This document shows positions 1 to 12,209 of a stretch of DNA of 58,585 nt, piece after piece. The translations under genes were made by a program, and so were the position numbers. Source of the stretch: Lama guanicoe (taxonomy: Eukaryota); NCBI GenBank assembly GCA_013239625.1, contig MU053594.1, positions 1,219,239 through 1,277,823 on the forward strand. Direction: 5' to 3'. The notes below the pieces were generated by a model. That model made no database searches, was not told the DNA's origin, and saw only the letters and a list, made by a program, of their open reading frames with translations. How positions within the stretch are numbered: the stretch's first letter is position 1; the number at the start of each line of letters is the position of its first letter.

Positions 1-1878
1 AAGCAAGTATCTATATTCATATGAACAAAATAGACTTTAAACCGAAGAATGTAACAACAAACAGAAGAAGTCATATAACGATAAAGAGGTCAATTCACCA
101 AAGTGATATAACATTTATAAATATATGCCCAACATAGGAACATTTAAATATATAAAGCAGATATTAACTGATTTGAAGGGAGAAATAAAACAATAGTAGG
201 AGACTTCAATGCCCCACTTTCAAAATGGACAGATCATCCAGACAGAAAATCAATAAAGAAACATTGAATTTAAAAACTATATGTTAGACCAGATGGACAT
301 AACAGATAAATATAGAACATTCATCCAACAGCAGCAGAATACAAATTCTTCTCAAGCACACATGGGGTATTCTCCAGGATAGATTACCTGTTGGGCCATA
401 AAACAAATCTTAATAAACTTAAGAAGATTGAATTCATATCAAGTATCTTTTCTGAAGTATAGAACTAGAAATCATTTATAAGAAGAAAGCTGGAAAATTC
501 ACAAACATGTGAAGGTGAAACAACATTCTCTTAAACAACCAATGTCAAAGAAGAAATCAAAAGAGAAATAATTGTTTAAAAAAAGCATCAAGACAAATGA
601 ATATGGAAACACAACACACCAAGACTTCTGGTTTGCTGCAAAAGCAATTCTGACAGGGACGTTTATAGCAATAAATGCCAACATTAAGGAAAAAGAAAGA
701 GCTCTCTCAAATAAACAACCGAACTTGATATCTCAAAGTCCTAGAAAAAGAAGATCAAAGTAATCCCAAAGTTAGTAGAAGGAAGGAAATAACAAAGATT
801 TAAATAGGAATAAATGATATAGGAGCTAAAAAGCAATAGAAAAGATCAATGAAACTAAGAAGCTGTTTTTTTGAAAAAGATAAACAAAATAGACTTACTC
901 AAAAATAGACAGAATTCAAATAAATAAATAATCTTAGAAATGAAAGAGGAAACATCACAACTGATACCACACAAATACAAAAGATCAAAGAGACTACCAT
1001 GAACAAATATGCCAACAAATTGGACAACACAGAAGAAATAGATAAATTCCAAAAACATACAGCCTGCCAACCATGATGAAACAGAAATCTGAATAGACCA
1101 ATTACTAGTAAGGCAATTGAATCAGAGATAAAAAATTTCCTAACAAAGAAAAGCCCAGGACCAGATGACTTTACTGGTGAATTTAACCAATTGTTTGAAG
1201 AACTAATACCAATTCTTACCAAATTCTTCCAAAAAATAAAATAGTAGGAAATACTTCCAAAATCATTTTACAAGATCAGCATTACCCTGATACCAAAAGA
1301 CACTACAGGTTAAAAAAATTACAGACCAATATACCTGATAAACATAGATGCAAAAAATCCTCCACAAAATATTAGCAAACCAAATTCCCTAGTACTCTGG
1401 AAGAATCACACACCATGATCAAGTGGAATTTGTTCCAGGGATACAAGGATGGCTCAACATTAGCAAATCAATCAGTATGATACACCACATTAACAGAATA
1501 AAGAATGAAATAACATGATCATCTCAACAGACCCAGAAAAAGCATTTTACAAAATTCAACATCCTTTTATGATAAAGACTCTAAACAAACTGGGTATAGA
1601 GGAAACACACTTCAACGTAATACAGGCTATATATGACAAGCCTACAGGTAACATCATACTCAACAGTAAAAATCCGATAGCTTTTCCACTAAAATCGGAA
1701 CAAGCAATGAATGCCCACTCTCACCACTTTTGTTCAATGTAATATTGGAAGTCCAAGCCAGCGTAATTGGACAAGAAAAAGAAATAAAAATATCCAAATT
1801 GAAAGGGAAGAAGTAAAACTGTCACTATTGCAGATGACATGATATTATATGTAGAAATCCTAGAGACTCCACACAAGC

Positions 1879-1908
1879 GCACACGTGCACACACACACAC
1901 ACACACAC
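1879..1908. repeat. (CA)n microsatellite inside the L1
   Basis: gcacacgtgcacacacacacacacacacac. Confidence 0.9.
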
Positions 1909-1963
1909 TGTTAGAACTAATAAACAAAGTTAGTAAAGTTGCAGAATACAAAATCAATACACA

Positions 1964-2054
1964 GGGTGGTAGATATAGCTCAGTGGTAGAGTGCATACTT
2001 AGCATGCAAGAGGTCCTGGGTTCAATTCCCAGTATTTCCATTAAAAAAAAAAAA
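1964..2054 (+). mobile_element. tRNA-derived SINE (camelid vic-1-like) nested in the L1
   Basis: A-box tagctcagtgg, B-box ggttcaattcc, poly(A) tail; degenerate aaaatca... duplication on both flanks; L1 ORF2 resumes afterwards. Confidence 0.9.
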
Positions 2055-2835
2055 TCAGTGTGCAAAAATCTGTTGCATTTCTATACAGTAATAATAAACT
2101 ATCAAAAGAGAAATTACTATCCATTTACAATTGCATCAAATGTAGTAAAATACCTAGGAATAAACTTAACCAAGGAAGTGAAAGGCCCATATACTAACAA
2201 GTGTAAGACATTGATGAAAGAAATTGAAGGACACACAAATAAATGGAAAATAATCTATACTCATGGGTTGGAGAAATTAATATTGTTAAAATGCCCATAC
2301 TACCTAAAGCAACCTACAGATTCAGTGCAATCCCCATAAAAATGTCAATGGCACTTTTCACAGAAATAGAAAAAAAATCCTAAAACTTGTATGGATACAC
2401 AAAGACTGAATAGCCAGCCAAAGCAATCTTGAGAAAGAGGAATGAAGTTGGAGGCATCACATTTCCATCAGATTTCAACTACATTACAAAGCTATAATTA
2501 TCAAAACAGTATGGCTTTGGCATTAAAAACAGATACTAAAGTGAATGGACTAGAATAGAGAGCCCCCAACATTTATGCATAAATGGTCAATTAATTTTCA
2601 ACAAAGAAGTAAAAAATATACAATGGGGAAAGGGTAATCTCAATAAATGTTGTTGGGAAACTGGACTGCCGCTTTAAAAAGAATAAAACCAGCCTCCACA
2701 AAAATCAACTTAAAATGCACTAAAGTCTTGAACATAAGACTCAAAACTATAAAACTCCTAGAAGAAAACATAAGGTATAAGCTTCTCAACTCTGGTCCTG
2801 GCAATAATTTTTCAGATTTGATGCCCAAAGCAAAA

Positions 2836-2990
2836 GAATATGAAAATGAATACATGTATGTATATGTATGACTGAAACATTATGCTATACATCAGAAATT
2901 GGCAGATCGTTGTAAACTGACCATACTTTAATAAAAATAAATAAATAAATAGATAAATAGATAGATAATAGGTAGATAGATAGATAGATG
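2836..2990 (+). mobile_element. Short 3' end of a younger lineage-specific L1 with a (TAAA)/(TAGA)n tail, nested in the older L1
   Basis: Reverse complement of the 3' UTR seen at 15224, 30745 and 32432 (gaatatgaaaatgaatacatgtatg...gtaaactgaccatacttt); tail has expanded into a TAGA microsatellite. Confidence 0.85.
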
Positions 2991-3507
2991 AAAAGCTTCT
3001 GCTCAGTTAAGGAAACCATTAGCAAAATGAAAAGGCAACATATGGAGTAGAAGACAATATGTTTTAACCACATATATGCTAAGGGGGTTAGTATTCAAAA
3101 TATAGAAGAAATTTATACAACTCAACTGCAAAAAAAAAAAATTAAAAAAAAACAAAGGACCTGAATAGGCATTTTCCCAAAAACATACAAATGGCCAAAA
3201 GGTACATGAAAAGATGCTCAGTATTAGTCATCAGGGACTTGCAAGTCAAAACCACAATGAGATGCCACCTTACACCTGTTGGAGTGAAAAAAATTAAACA
3301 AAGGACCTGAATAGGCATTTTCCCAAAAACATACAAATGGCCAAAAGGTACATGAAAAGATGCTCAGTATTAGTCATCAGGGACTTGCAAGTCAAAACCA
3401 CAATGAGATGCCACCTTACACCTGTTGGAGTGAGTATTACCAAACAAGCAAGAGATAACAGTGCTGACGAGGATGTGGAGGAGAGAGTGCTTGTATTCAT
3501 ACTGTTC

Positions 3508-3812
3508 NNNNNNNNNNNNNNNNNNNNNNNNNNNNNNNNNNNNNNNNNNNNNNNNNNNNNNNNNNNNNNNNNNNNNNNNNNNNNNNNNNNNNNNNNNNNN
3601 NNNNNNNNNNNNNNNNNNNNNNNNNNNNNNNNNNNNNNNNNNNNNNNNNNNNNNNNNNNNNNNNNNNNNNNNNNNNNNNNNNNNNNNNNNNNNNNNNNNN
3701 NNNNNNNNNNNNNNNNNNNNNNNNNNNNNNNNNNNNNNNNNNNNNNNNNNNNNNNNNNNNNNNNNNNNNNNNNNNNNNNNNNNNNNNNNNNNNNNNNNNN
3801 NNNNNNNNNNNN
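3508..3812. other. Assembly gap
   Basis: Run of N. Confidence 1.
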
Positions 3813-3941
3813 AGTGTGGTTTTCAATGGAGAAGAATCCTTTCATGATGTGTACATATATCAAATCATTATGTTGTATACTTTAAAGATCTTTTAATTTT
3901 TTTGTCAATTATAACCTCAATAAAGCTGAACAGAACAAAAA

Positions 3942-4595
3942 NNNNNNNNNNNNNNNNNNNNNNNNNNNNNNNNNNNNNNNNNNNNNNNNNNNNNNNNNNN
4001 NNNNNNNNNNNNNNNNNNNNNNNNNNNNNNNNNNNNNNNNNNNNNNNNNNNNNNNNNNNNNNNNNNNNNNNNNNNNNNNNNNNNNNNNNNNNNNNNNNNN
4101 NNNNNNNNNNNNNNNNNNNNNNNNNNNNNNNNNNNNNNNNNNNNNNNNNNNNNNNNNNNNNNNNNNNNNNNNNNNNNNNNNNNNNNNNNNNNNNNNNNNN
4201 NNNNNNNNNNNNNNNNNNNNNNNNNNNNNNNNNNNNNNNNNNNNNNNNNNNNNNNNNNNNNNNNNNNNNNNNNNNNNNNNNNNNNNNNNNNNNNNNNNNN
4301 NNNNNNNNNNNNNNNNNNNNNNNNNNNNNNNNNNNNNNNNNNNNNNNNNNNNNNNNNNNNNNNNNNNNNNNNNNNNNNNNNNNNNNNNNNNNNNNNNNNN
4401 NNNNNNNNNNNNNNNNNNNNNNNNNNNNNNNNNNNNNNNNNNNNNNNNNNNNNNNNNNNNNNNNNNNNNNNNNNNNNNNNNNNNNNNNNNNNNNNNNNNN
4501 NNNNNNNNNNNNNNNNNNNNNNNNNNNNNNNNNNNNNNNNNNNNNNNNNNNNNNNNNNNNNNNNNNNNNNNNNNNNNNNNNNNNNNNNNNNNNNN
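3942..4595. other. Assembly gap
   Basis: Run of N. Confidence 1.
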
Positions 4596-5359
4596 CTCCC
4601 CAGAAAACTGATTTCATTTTAAAGAAGCCCTTCAGGGAATCTTCTCCAGTGCTGCCTACCTGTCAATTCCACCCCAGCTCTGCTCCCTGGGGCTGCCCAG
4701 AAGTACAGTTGGACAGCACTCCTCCGACAGCTGGGATTCTTGGTGATTTCTTTTTTAAGTTCTTGAAATGTGGTCCAATAAATACTGTGCCAGCCAGCAT
4801 CTCCCTTGCTTGTCCCCACCCTCATGCCCCTCCCTCAACATGGAAAAAACCAGAAATGATGACTCCTTCTTTCTGCGCACTTTGCTCCATCAGGAGAGCA
4901 CTGGGCAGGAGCGGAGGCCTCACTGGACCCGCTCAGCCTCTGCTGGCTTATCGGCATCACTCGCCGGCAGCATTGATCAGTCAGACCTCTTTTCCTGCAA
5001 GCTTCCCGCTTCAAACATCCACATTAACCGTCCTTTTTCTGCAAACTGGGAGTCCCCAGCCTACACCAAGCCTTTGCGTGAGGAGGGAGAAACACTCCCT
5101 TGGGGCCGATGCAGAGTCTGGCCAGAGGACTCTGGGCTGGAGTTCAGCATCTCCCGGACCAGGATCCTCTGTGCAGGCTGCAAACTGCACAAGCGAACCA
5201 GGAGACCTGGGAGGACAGCCAGGAAGCAAAAGCCTGGCCTCACTGGGGAGGACACTGAGGCGTGGGGGCTTGGGTTTACGGGCCCACGGTTTAGACCGAT
5301 TCAAACACACCAGCCTGTAGGAGAAAGCCTGGTTCAGGGCAAGAGCCAGACGGATGGAC

Positions 5360-5485
5360 GTTAGACTGTTGCCCCTACCAGCTATGTGAACGTGGGCTCT
5401 CCGAAGCCTCTGTTTTGCTGTCTATAAAATGGAGGTAAAGGTTTTCATCACACAGGGCTGTAAGGGTTAAACTGGATATAAGCCC
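5360..5485 (+). mobile_element. MIR SINE fragment
   Basis: taccagctatgtgaac...gcctctgttttgctgtctataaaatggaggt...agggctgtaagggttaaa resembles the MIR core. Confidence 0.65.
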
Positions 5486-6426
5486 CCTGAGGTTGGCACG
5501 GGACGGTGTCATCTGGCCACCTGCTCCCAGCCCTGGGTGGGAAGAGCAAGCCAGCAGGCCGAGGAGGCCGGGGTGGAGGCTCCAGGGAAGGGAGGAGGCC
5601 AGAGCTGCGTGGCAGCGGGGGCTCCTTTTTCGGGTGACTCACAGCCTGGTGACTAGCGAGGCTGGCAGGCAGCACGTCTTGGTGGGGAGGAAGCCCCCCC
5701 AGCTCCGTATAGTCAGCATATTGTAGGGGGGTGGAGGGCAGCTTGGTAGGCACGACACGGCTCCTGAGACATCTGTCGCAGAGTTTGAGAAATACAGAAC
5801 AACAGGAAACACTCTGGGCAAATATCAAAATAAGATTTCTTGTAGTGTGAAGAGTTGGGAATGGGTCCTGGCGGAGGAGAGACACACCAGGGATGAGCGT
5901 GGTGGGGGGAGGAGGCTTCGGGGAGAATGCTCTGGACCAGCCCCACCCAGACCCAAACCTCAACAAAGACAGGGGAAAGTCAGGTAAGATTCTTTCCTGC
6001 CACTCCAGCTGGCGTGCCACGCCCTCACGAGACTGAAGCCTGACTCCTGTCCAGGGACCTCGAGTCAGGCTTTGCAGAACCAGGTCAGTTTCTCTCATCA
6101 CTCCTGCGGCTTCTTGGGGATGAGGATCAGATCTGTGCCCCTTTATTCATTAGTTAAAACCAGATTAATTGAACACCTATATTATTCCACGTATGTGCTA
6201 GACCCTGAAGTTACAAATATAAATGGGATATGAGGCAAATCCTCATTTGGCTGTCATCACTAGTTTGTAATTTAATTACTAATGTGTAAGCAAGTATGAA
6301 AGGTAGGGGTGTGTGTGTGTGTGTGCACATTTGGTGTCAATCTTTGTGAGTTTATGTATGTAAATGACTGTGTTTGCGTATGTTTTTTCGTGTGTGTACC
6401 CATACATGGAAGTCTGCACGCATGTA

Positions 6427-6646
6427 CAGTTGACCCTCGAACAAGGGGTGGGGTTCGATGCTAACCCTCTGCACAGTCGAAAATCTGAGTAGAACATTTA
6501 GCCAGGCCTCTATATACACAGTTCCTCCATATCCACGAATTCACCCAACAGCGGATCGTGTCGTACTATAATTATTTACTATTGAAAGAAATCTGCTTAT
6601 AAGTGGACCCGTGCAGTTCAAATCCATGTTGTTCAAGGGTTGGCTG
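6427..6646. mobile_element. Tigger2-derived MITE (TcMar-Tigger; MER8/Tigger2a-like)
   Basis: Terminal inverted repeats cagttgaccctcgaacaa ... ttgttcaagggttggctg; TA on the left flank; internal ataagtggacccgtgcagttcaaa typical of Tigger2 ends. Confidence 0.85.
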
Positions 6647-8124
6647 TGTATGTGTGTTCATGCTTAAGTGTATATGATTATGCATGTAAGTCTACGTGGG
6701 TAGTTAAGTGTTTAAATCCTTCTATGTGCATCCTTTTTTCTAATAACGAAGAAGAAAATACAGGGAGAATTCTCTGTAATGGGTCTGAGATTTACGTGTA
6801 TAGAGATGGGAAGTAATTGTTGGGGGGCATTTGCTTCAGGGATTCTGGGAGCTGGGGGCTCATGCTGCCCCACATCACCCTTACTTCCTGCAAGGTAGAC
6901 TGAGGACCAGAAGAGCCAGGTGCACATAAGGGACTGACCACGGGTCAGGGCAAGCAGGAAGCCAGGACCCAGGAAGGCAAGGGCAGAGTGAAGGAATTTG
7001 CCCATCCCAGGGGCTAGAACTAGCAGGGGATTAGAACGCCCAGCGAAGGCTGAGGGCTTGGCAGTTATCAGAGGACTTAAAAGACCAGGAGTGCACAAGA
7101 AAACATCTGAGACCCATGTGTCCTGGCAAATGGGGCCATGACTCCCCCAGCCATCAGAGCACAAGGTCATTTCTAGACAAAGGCTGTCTCAGACGGCGCC
7201 TCACTGAAATTTCCTACAGGGAGGCAACCATTGCCTGGCTTGGGAACCAGCGAGAGATCAGTGTCTGAAAGTAACGTGGCTCCTCCCAAGACGTGAGCCA
7301 CAATACTTCCGAAGAAAATGGAGATCGTGGAGGAAGAAGTGGGGGGAGGCAAAGAGAGAGACCCAGAGGGGCTCAGAGCAGGAGTGGGGGATGTATCAGA
7401 CAGGACGCTGGGGTCACCTGAAAATATAGAACATTAGCTTACCGTTGTCTTTAGCACGGTTTGTCACTGAGATGGGCTTCTTTGAAATTTATGCTCACAT
7501 AAGATCATTTTTATTATGCAGTTCATCACAAGAGGGAAAGGGAAAAGGGAGTGTATCTGAATGCTTCTATTTCATTTGCTTAATGGAGCGCTCAGAGTAG
7601 GAGAGAGAAAGCTCCCTAATCATTTGTTTTAGCAATCAGAGTTATATTCGAGAGTTTCTGACAGTGACATCCAGTCATTCCGGGCAGGGAGACTGACGGT
7701 CTTTATCTCGGTGCCCATGAATGGAACCAGACCTGCCTTCAAAGCTGCGCTGTCTTCTGGGAGTGCAGATAACAGCGCTGATTGGAGAACGGGGCGGAGG
7801 GAAACCACGGAGCGCACGCTCCAGTCCTGTCGGGCCTCGGAAGAGAGCTCAGTCTTGCTTCCCACAGTATCCCAGACTGTCGGTTTCTGGGCTGTGGGAG
7901 GGATTTCAGACGTGCGTTCCCATCTCTTCTGCCCAGAGCAGGATTTCCTTTCCGCCCTGAGCTGGTGAACCTGGGTTGGCTTCCAGGGTTCCCGGGGTCC
8001 GTTCTTAGCACAGGACCTGGGGTGAGGAGGACAGGGGCCCCCGAGATGGACAGTTTCCTCTCCAGGCTACTTGGCTTGATTTCTAGACTGTGAGTTCACA
8101 TTTCTTATCTAAATGAGAGACTCA

Positions 8125-8665
8125 TGTGTTTGGTAAGAGCACTGGCTGTAGTCAGGGTAACTGAGGTTCAAGCTGACCTTGAACCTAACTGAGGTTCAAA
8201 CACTGACCCCCCCCAGTGGGGAGGGCCTGGGACAAGTTACTGGGAATCTCAGTTGCTGGTCCAGCAAGACTCAGAATAGCCTAGAGGTAAAGGGAGTGGA
8301 CTCCAGAGCAGACTTGCTGTGTGACCTCGGGCAAGGTTATTTATCTCTGTGTCCCAGGTCCTCATCCACAAAATGGAAATTATAATAGTACTTATCTCAT
8401 TGGATTACTATGAGGCTTGAATGAATTAATATATATAGAATATTAATATATATACAAATACAGACCTACATGTACATACATAAATAGCTGAGAATAGCGT
8501 ATGGCACACTTGGCGTCCGATGTTATTAATCTGACTGTATCTGTAAAGTGGAGATTACGATGGTACCCACGTCACCGGGTTGTTATGAAGATTAAGAGAC
8601 CGTGCTTATGAAATGCTTTGCTTACTACTTGGCAAACAGGAAGCTCTTGACAAATACAAGCAGTC
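8125..8665 (+). mobile_element. Cluster of about three MIR fragments
   Basis: Repeated MIR core motifs: gctgtgtgacctcgggcaag, aaaatggaaattataatagtacttatctc, ctgtaaagtggagat...ttgttatgaagattaa. Confidence 0.75.
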
Positions 8666-9460
8666 GCTGCTAACGAAGTCAGCCTGGACGCCGGGTCAGG
8701 GCCCAGGCAGCAAGGCGATCCCAGCAAAGCGAGCCAGCCCGCCCATCACCTCTCCGAACCGGGAGGAGGTCCGGGTGGGCTGAGCCTACGTCCATCACGA
8801 CAGACGGACGGCTGTTACCCAGACGCTTCTGATCTCAGCAGACTCCCGGCCTGGCCCAGGGGTCCCCGCTCTTATCGACCCCGGGAGGCGTCAGACTGAG
8901 GGGGCTGATTCCTTCATGGAAGAAAGATGCCTGCGCCTCCGAGCTCCCGCTGGGTGCGAGACAGAGGAGGGGTGGGCGAGCGTGGGCGCCGGGCCAGGGG
9001 AAGGCGGCGTGGGTGTGTGGGAGGAGCGGAGAGATGGCTGGGCTCCCACCGCCGGAGACGAGCGCGCCCTGTCTGGACGTCTGCTGGGTGCTGGATCCCT
9101 GCCTGGCGCCCGCCCGGAAAGGCACGTGAGAGCCTGTGTCGGGACCCTCCCCCGTCCGGAGAAGACCCACTTTCAGAAAACGGCCTGGCAGAGGCGGATG
9201 GATGGCAGGCCGACTGCCCCCTGAGGGCACCGAGGTGGAGAGCCTGGGCCACCACCTGCCAAGGCTAAGAGCTGCCCTGCACATCCTTCTGAGGATAATG
9301 GACGTGCCGGCCTGAACAGAGGACAGGGAGGACGTCCTCTCGCTTTGGGGATGGACCCCTAAAGCCAGCGGTCGCAGCCCGGCCTGGAGCCAGAGGAGGG
9401 CTGCCCTGCGCCGCTGGTATCAGCAAGCCTCCACTCCCAGGCTAGGGCCTCCCCATGACC
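8660..9460. promoter_or_regulatory. CpG-rich, GC-rich patch (CpG-island-like)
   Basis: Visibly high CpG density relative to the flanks (e.g. gggcgagcgtgggcgccggg, gagcgcgccc, ggcgcccgcccgg); no repeat recognised. Confidence 0.55.
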
Positions 9461-9829
9461 GCAGATCTATTTTCATTCCCCAGGACCTTGCCTAGGATCA
9501 AAGTCAGTGCTTCCTGCTCAAATAGCCAGTCACTTGTCAGCGCTGTGCAGCAAATTATTTAGCAAATGATAACAATAACGAACCTCTGTTTAGCTGACAA
9601 GCAGATGAGCCAGACTGTCCTGGGTACTTTCTCTGCTGGGCTCTGCGCTCAGGTTGCCTGAGTCTCTGCTCATTTATTTAATTTCTACAGCCCTCCGTCT
9701 CCTCACCTGTTAGATGGGGAACATCCCACGGTGAGGGACTGCTGTCCTGAGGATGAATGAGATTCGTGGGGATGGAAGACACCACACTGCACCGCCTGAG
9801 TCTCATTCAAGACGGAACTTGTGGTCCAT

Positions 9830-10735
9830 CTCTGGGGAACACAGTGGGCAGTGAGTCCCCCGCTGTCAGCTCCTTCGGATCTGCCTCAGCTGCACACACA
9901 GAGCTGCTTTGGTTCAAGTCACGCCCTTCCTGAGGAATCCTTGGAGGCCTCGGCACAGCACACGTGCCCCAGAGTGAAGACCCAGGGCCCTGCCAAATCC
10001 ATAGTTTTAGGGACGTAGTCCTTAGACGTCTCCTTCAAAGTAAAGGACCAATGATTGGACCTTGAACCTCCTTTCACAGTGATGGAAACAAAACACCTGG
10101 TGAGCCTCTTCGAGTTCTGGAATCAGCACATCCCACCCCTAGGGACTGTTCTATCCCATATACCAGGTGACGCGGAAGACTGCTGGCTTCAAGGGAGGCC
10201 CAGAGCAGGAAAAACCCTCTGTAGCTGGTACCATTAGGGTCTCACAGCCTAGCAAACTCTTCTGTGTCCAAGGTTTCAGTGATGGTTTGAAAAGATACCA
10301 TGTGCAGATTGTGGCAAGTCCCCGTGAGAGAATCACAACTCAGGGCCCTGGGGTTCTGGACCATATGCCTCATGGAAAATGGCTCCTGGTACGGTATGAG
10401 GTCTATAGAAATGGGGTACCTGCCCATGAGACGTCAAGGGACGATGTGGCTGGAACTGACCATTGTGAGCTTGTCTGTCATCTGGTCAGGCAGGCCCAGC
10501 TACAATCCACTGTAAGGTGGAGGTGGTGCATCCAGGATCAAGGACAAGCAGGGACGGAGGGCACAAGGGATCTGCCTGGCCCCCAGGGCACCCACTCCTG
10601 CCGCACCCTCCCTCAGCTCACCCCTGTGGCCCTGAGAGAGGGAACCTTGTGAGATCAGCCAAGGAGGAAAGAATCTGAGCTGGGTTTATGCAGGGTTAGC
10701 TCTGTAACTGAGTACAAGCACCAGTGGCCTTAAAA
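9830..10735 (+). mobile_element. ERVL/MaLR internal remnant with decayed pol (RT-RNaseH)
   Basis: Translated pieces KTQGPAKSIVLG, KVKDQ*LDLEPP...KHLVSLFEFWNQHIPPLG, TRKTAGFKGGPEQEK, LWQVPVRESQLRALGFW and VRQAQLQSTVRWRWCIQDQGQAGTEGT are colinear with ERVL pol as I recall it (KIQGP..VKFLG, LVGLFGFWRQHIPHLG, WGPEQEKA, LWQAPIGESQRRPLGFW, GRAQQHSIIKWKWYIRDRARAGPEG). Confidence 0.85.
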
Positions 10736-10740
10736 GTGCC

Positions 10741-11862
10741 TTCTGCTTCCAGGAAGATGGAGTAGACACAGTTTTCCCTATTCCTTCCATTAAGCACAAC
10801 TAAACACCTGGACAATCTATATAAAACAAACATTTCTCCTGTTCTTGGCTCTAAAAGGTGGAGAGAAGAAAGCAGACCATTGGGGGCCTTGGGACCTGAG
10901 GACAAAGACAGAGGTGAGGGAGGTGAGTTCTCTGGGTTTCTCTTTTCCTTTCTATATCCCAGGCTTGGAACTGAAGTTGGCAGCTCGGAATACCAATGAG
11001 TCTGGCAAGATAGCCCCCCAAAGACCTGCTCTCTCCAGCCAAAGGACCAGGAGAAGGGCAGTCTAGCAAGACAGAAATCTTGAGAGAGTAATCTCTCTAC
11101 TTTAGCCAAACGCTGCAGGAAAAATTGTGGCCCATCCCCCACCCTCACCAGCAAAGGCTGAGTGGGGACCCTGGACTCCTACCCTCTCCAGGCTGTCATG
11201 GGGTGCTTCAACCCCCTTGCCCTGTGGTGTCAAAGAAGGCCCAATAGAGAGACGGGAATTTTATTCCTCCAGCCCCACCCCACTATAGTGTCAGTGGAGA
11301 TCACTTGGGAAGCTGGATTTGCATCCCAATCTGGCTGTAACAAGGAGTCTCTCTCTCCCCCAGATGAGTAGTGTCAGAGGAAGTCAGCTTTAGACAAAGT
11401 TTAAAAGAGATTCAAAGTCTCATAATGTAACACATAACATGATACCACAAAAATCCTGCTTTAAGTAAAAATGCAAGGAACACAGCTCAGAAAGGAAAAA
11501 GCAAAGCTGTCCCTATTTGCAGGTGACATGATTGTTTGTACAGAAAATCCCAAGGAACCTAAACCACCCCCCTCCCGCCCAGAACTAATAAATTCAACAA
11601 GATTGCAAGATACAAGAAAATATGCAAAAATTAATTGTATTTTGTATATGAGTAATGAATATGTGAACACTAAAATGAAAAATACAATACTATTTGCTAT
11701 TGCTCAAAAGTGAAATATTGGGGTATAAATCTAACAAAACATGCACAGTGCTTGCATGCTGAAAACTATAAAATGCTGACAAAGTAAATCAGGGAGGATC
11801 TACATAAATGAAGAAACATACCATGTTCATGGATTGGAAGACTCGGTATAGTAGTCAACATA
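10741..11862 (+). mobile_element. Old L1 (L1MD-like): 5' UTR joined to an ORF2 RT fragment
   Basis: Start ttccaggaagatggagtagac...ttttccctattcct matches the L1MD-type 5' end; 11471-11713 gives KLSLFAGDMIVCTENPKE...ELIN, followed by ccatgttcatggattggaagactc. Confidence 0.8.
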
Positions 11863-11869
11863 GAAGTCC

Positions 11870-12183
11870 CACAAAACAGTGTCAGCAGTTCTGATTTATT
11901 GTGTGGCCTCTCTCCTTGGCTTGCAGGTGGCTGCCTTCTTGCTGTGGCCTCAGTGATCTTTTTGGTGCCTGTGCACACTTGGTATCTCTTTGGATGCTCA
12001 AATCTCCTCTTCTTGTGGGGACACCAGTCAGATTAGATTCAGGCCCACCCATAGGATCTCATTTGACCTTAATAATCTCTTTAAGACCCTATCTCCAAAT
12101 GCAGTCACATTCTGAGTCACTAAGAGTTAGGATTTCAACAGATGAAGTTGGCGGGTTGAGGGGATAAAATTCAGTCTATAACA
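11870..12183 (-). mobile_element. MLT1 (MaLR) LTR fragment
   Basis: cttggcttgcaggtggctgccttc...ggacaccagtcagattagatt...ccctatctccaaatgcagtcacattctgag...aattcagtctataaca. Confidence 0.85.
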
Positions 12184-12209
12184 GACTCTTTAACTGGAAG
12201 ACTCACTGC

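Larger units (their letters stand above)
1..3941 (+). mobile_element. Degraded LINE-1 (L1M/L1MA-like): ORF2 endonuclease, RT and C-terminal remnant plus 3' UTR, running off the left edge
   Basis: A-rich plus strand. Frame fragments match L1 ORF2: [29 protein letters not shown] (1515), F/IADDMILY RT motif near 1825-1850, [24 protein letters not shown]. 3' end reads tgtcaattataacctcaataaagctg plus an A tail at 3903-3941. Many stops and frameshifts. Confidence 0.95.

Noticed and set aside
3150..3433. Exact 138-bp tandem duplication within the L1 (3150-3287 and 3296-3433)
   Set aside because: Identical copies inside an otherwise old element, starting at a poly(A) run just before a gap; most likely a contig-overlap artefact
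3902..5364. Long ORFs (472 aa and 198 aa)
   Set aside because: The 472-aa ORF is inflated by the N-gap; the real portions are Pro/Ser-rich with no recognisable domain or exon structure
5448..6101. 217-aa minus-strand ORF
   Set aside because: GC-rich chance ORF with a non-ATG start and no homology I recognise
7629..8093. Overlapping short ORFs after a splice-acceptor-like tttgttttag
   Set aside because: No consistent frame, donor site or partner exons that I can support
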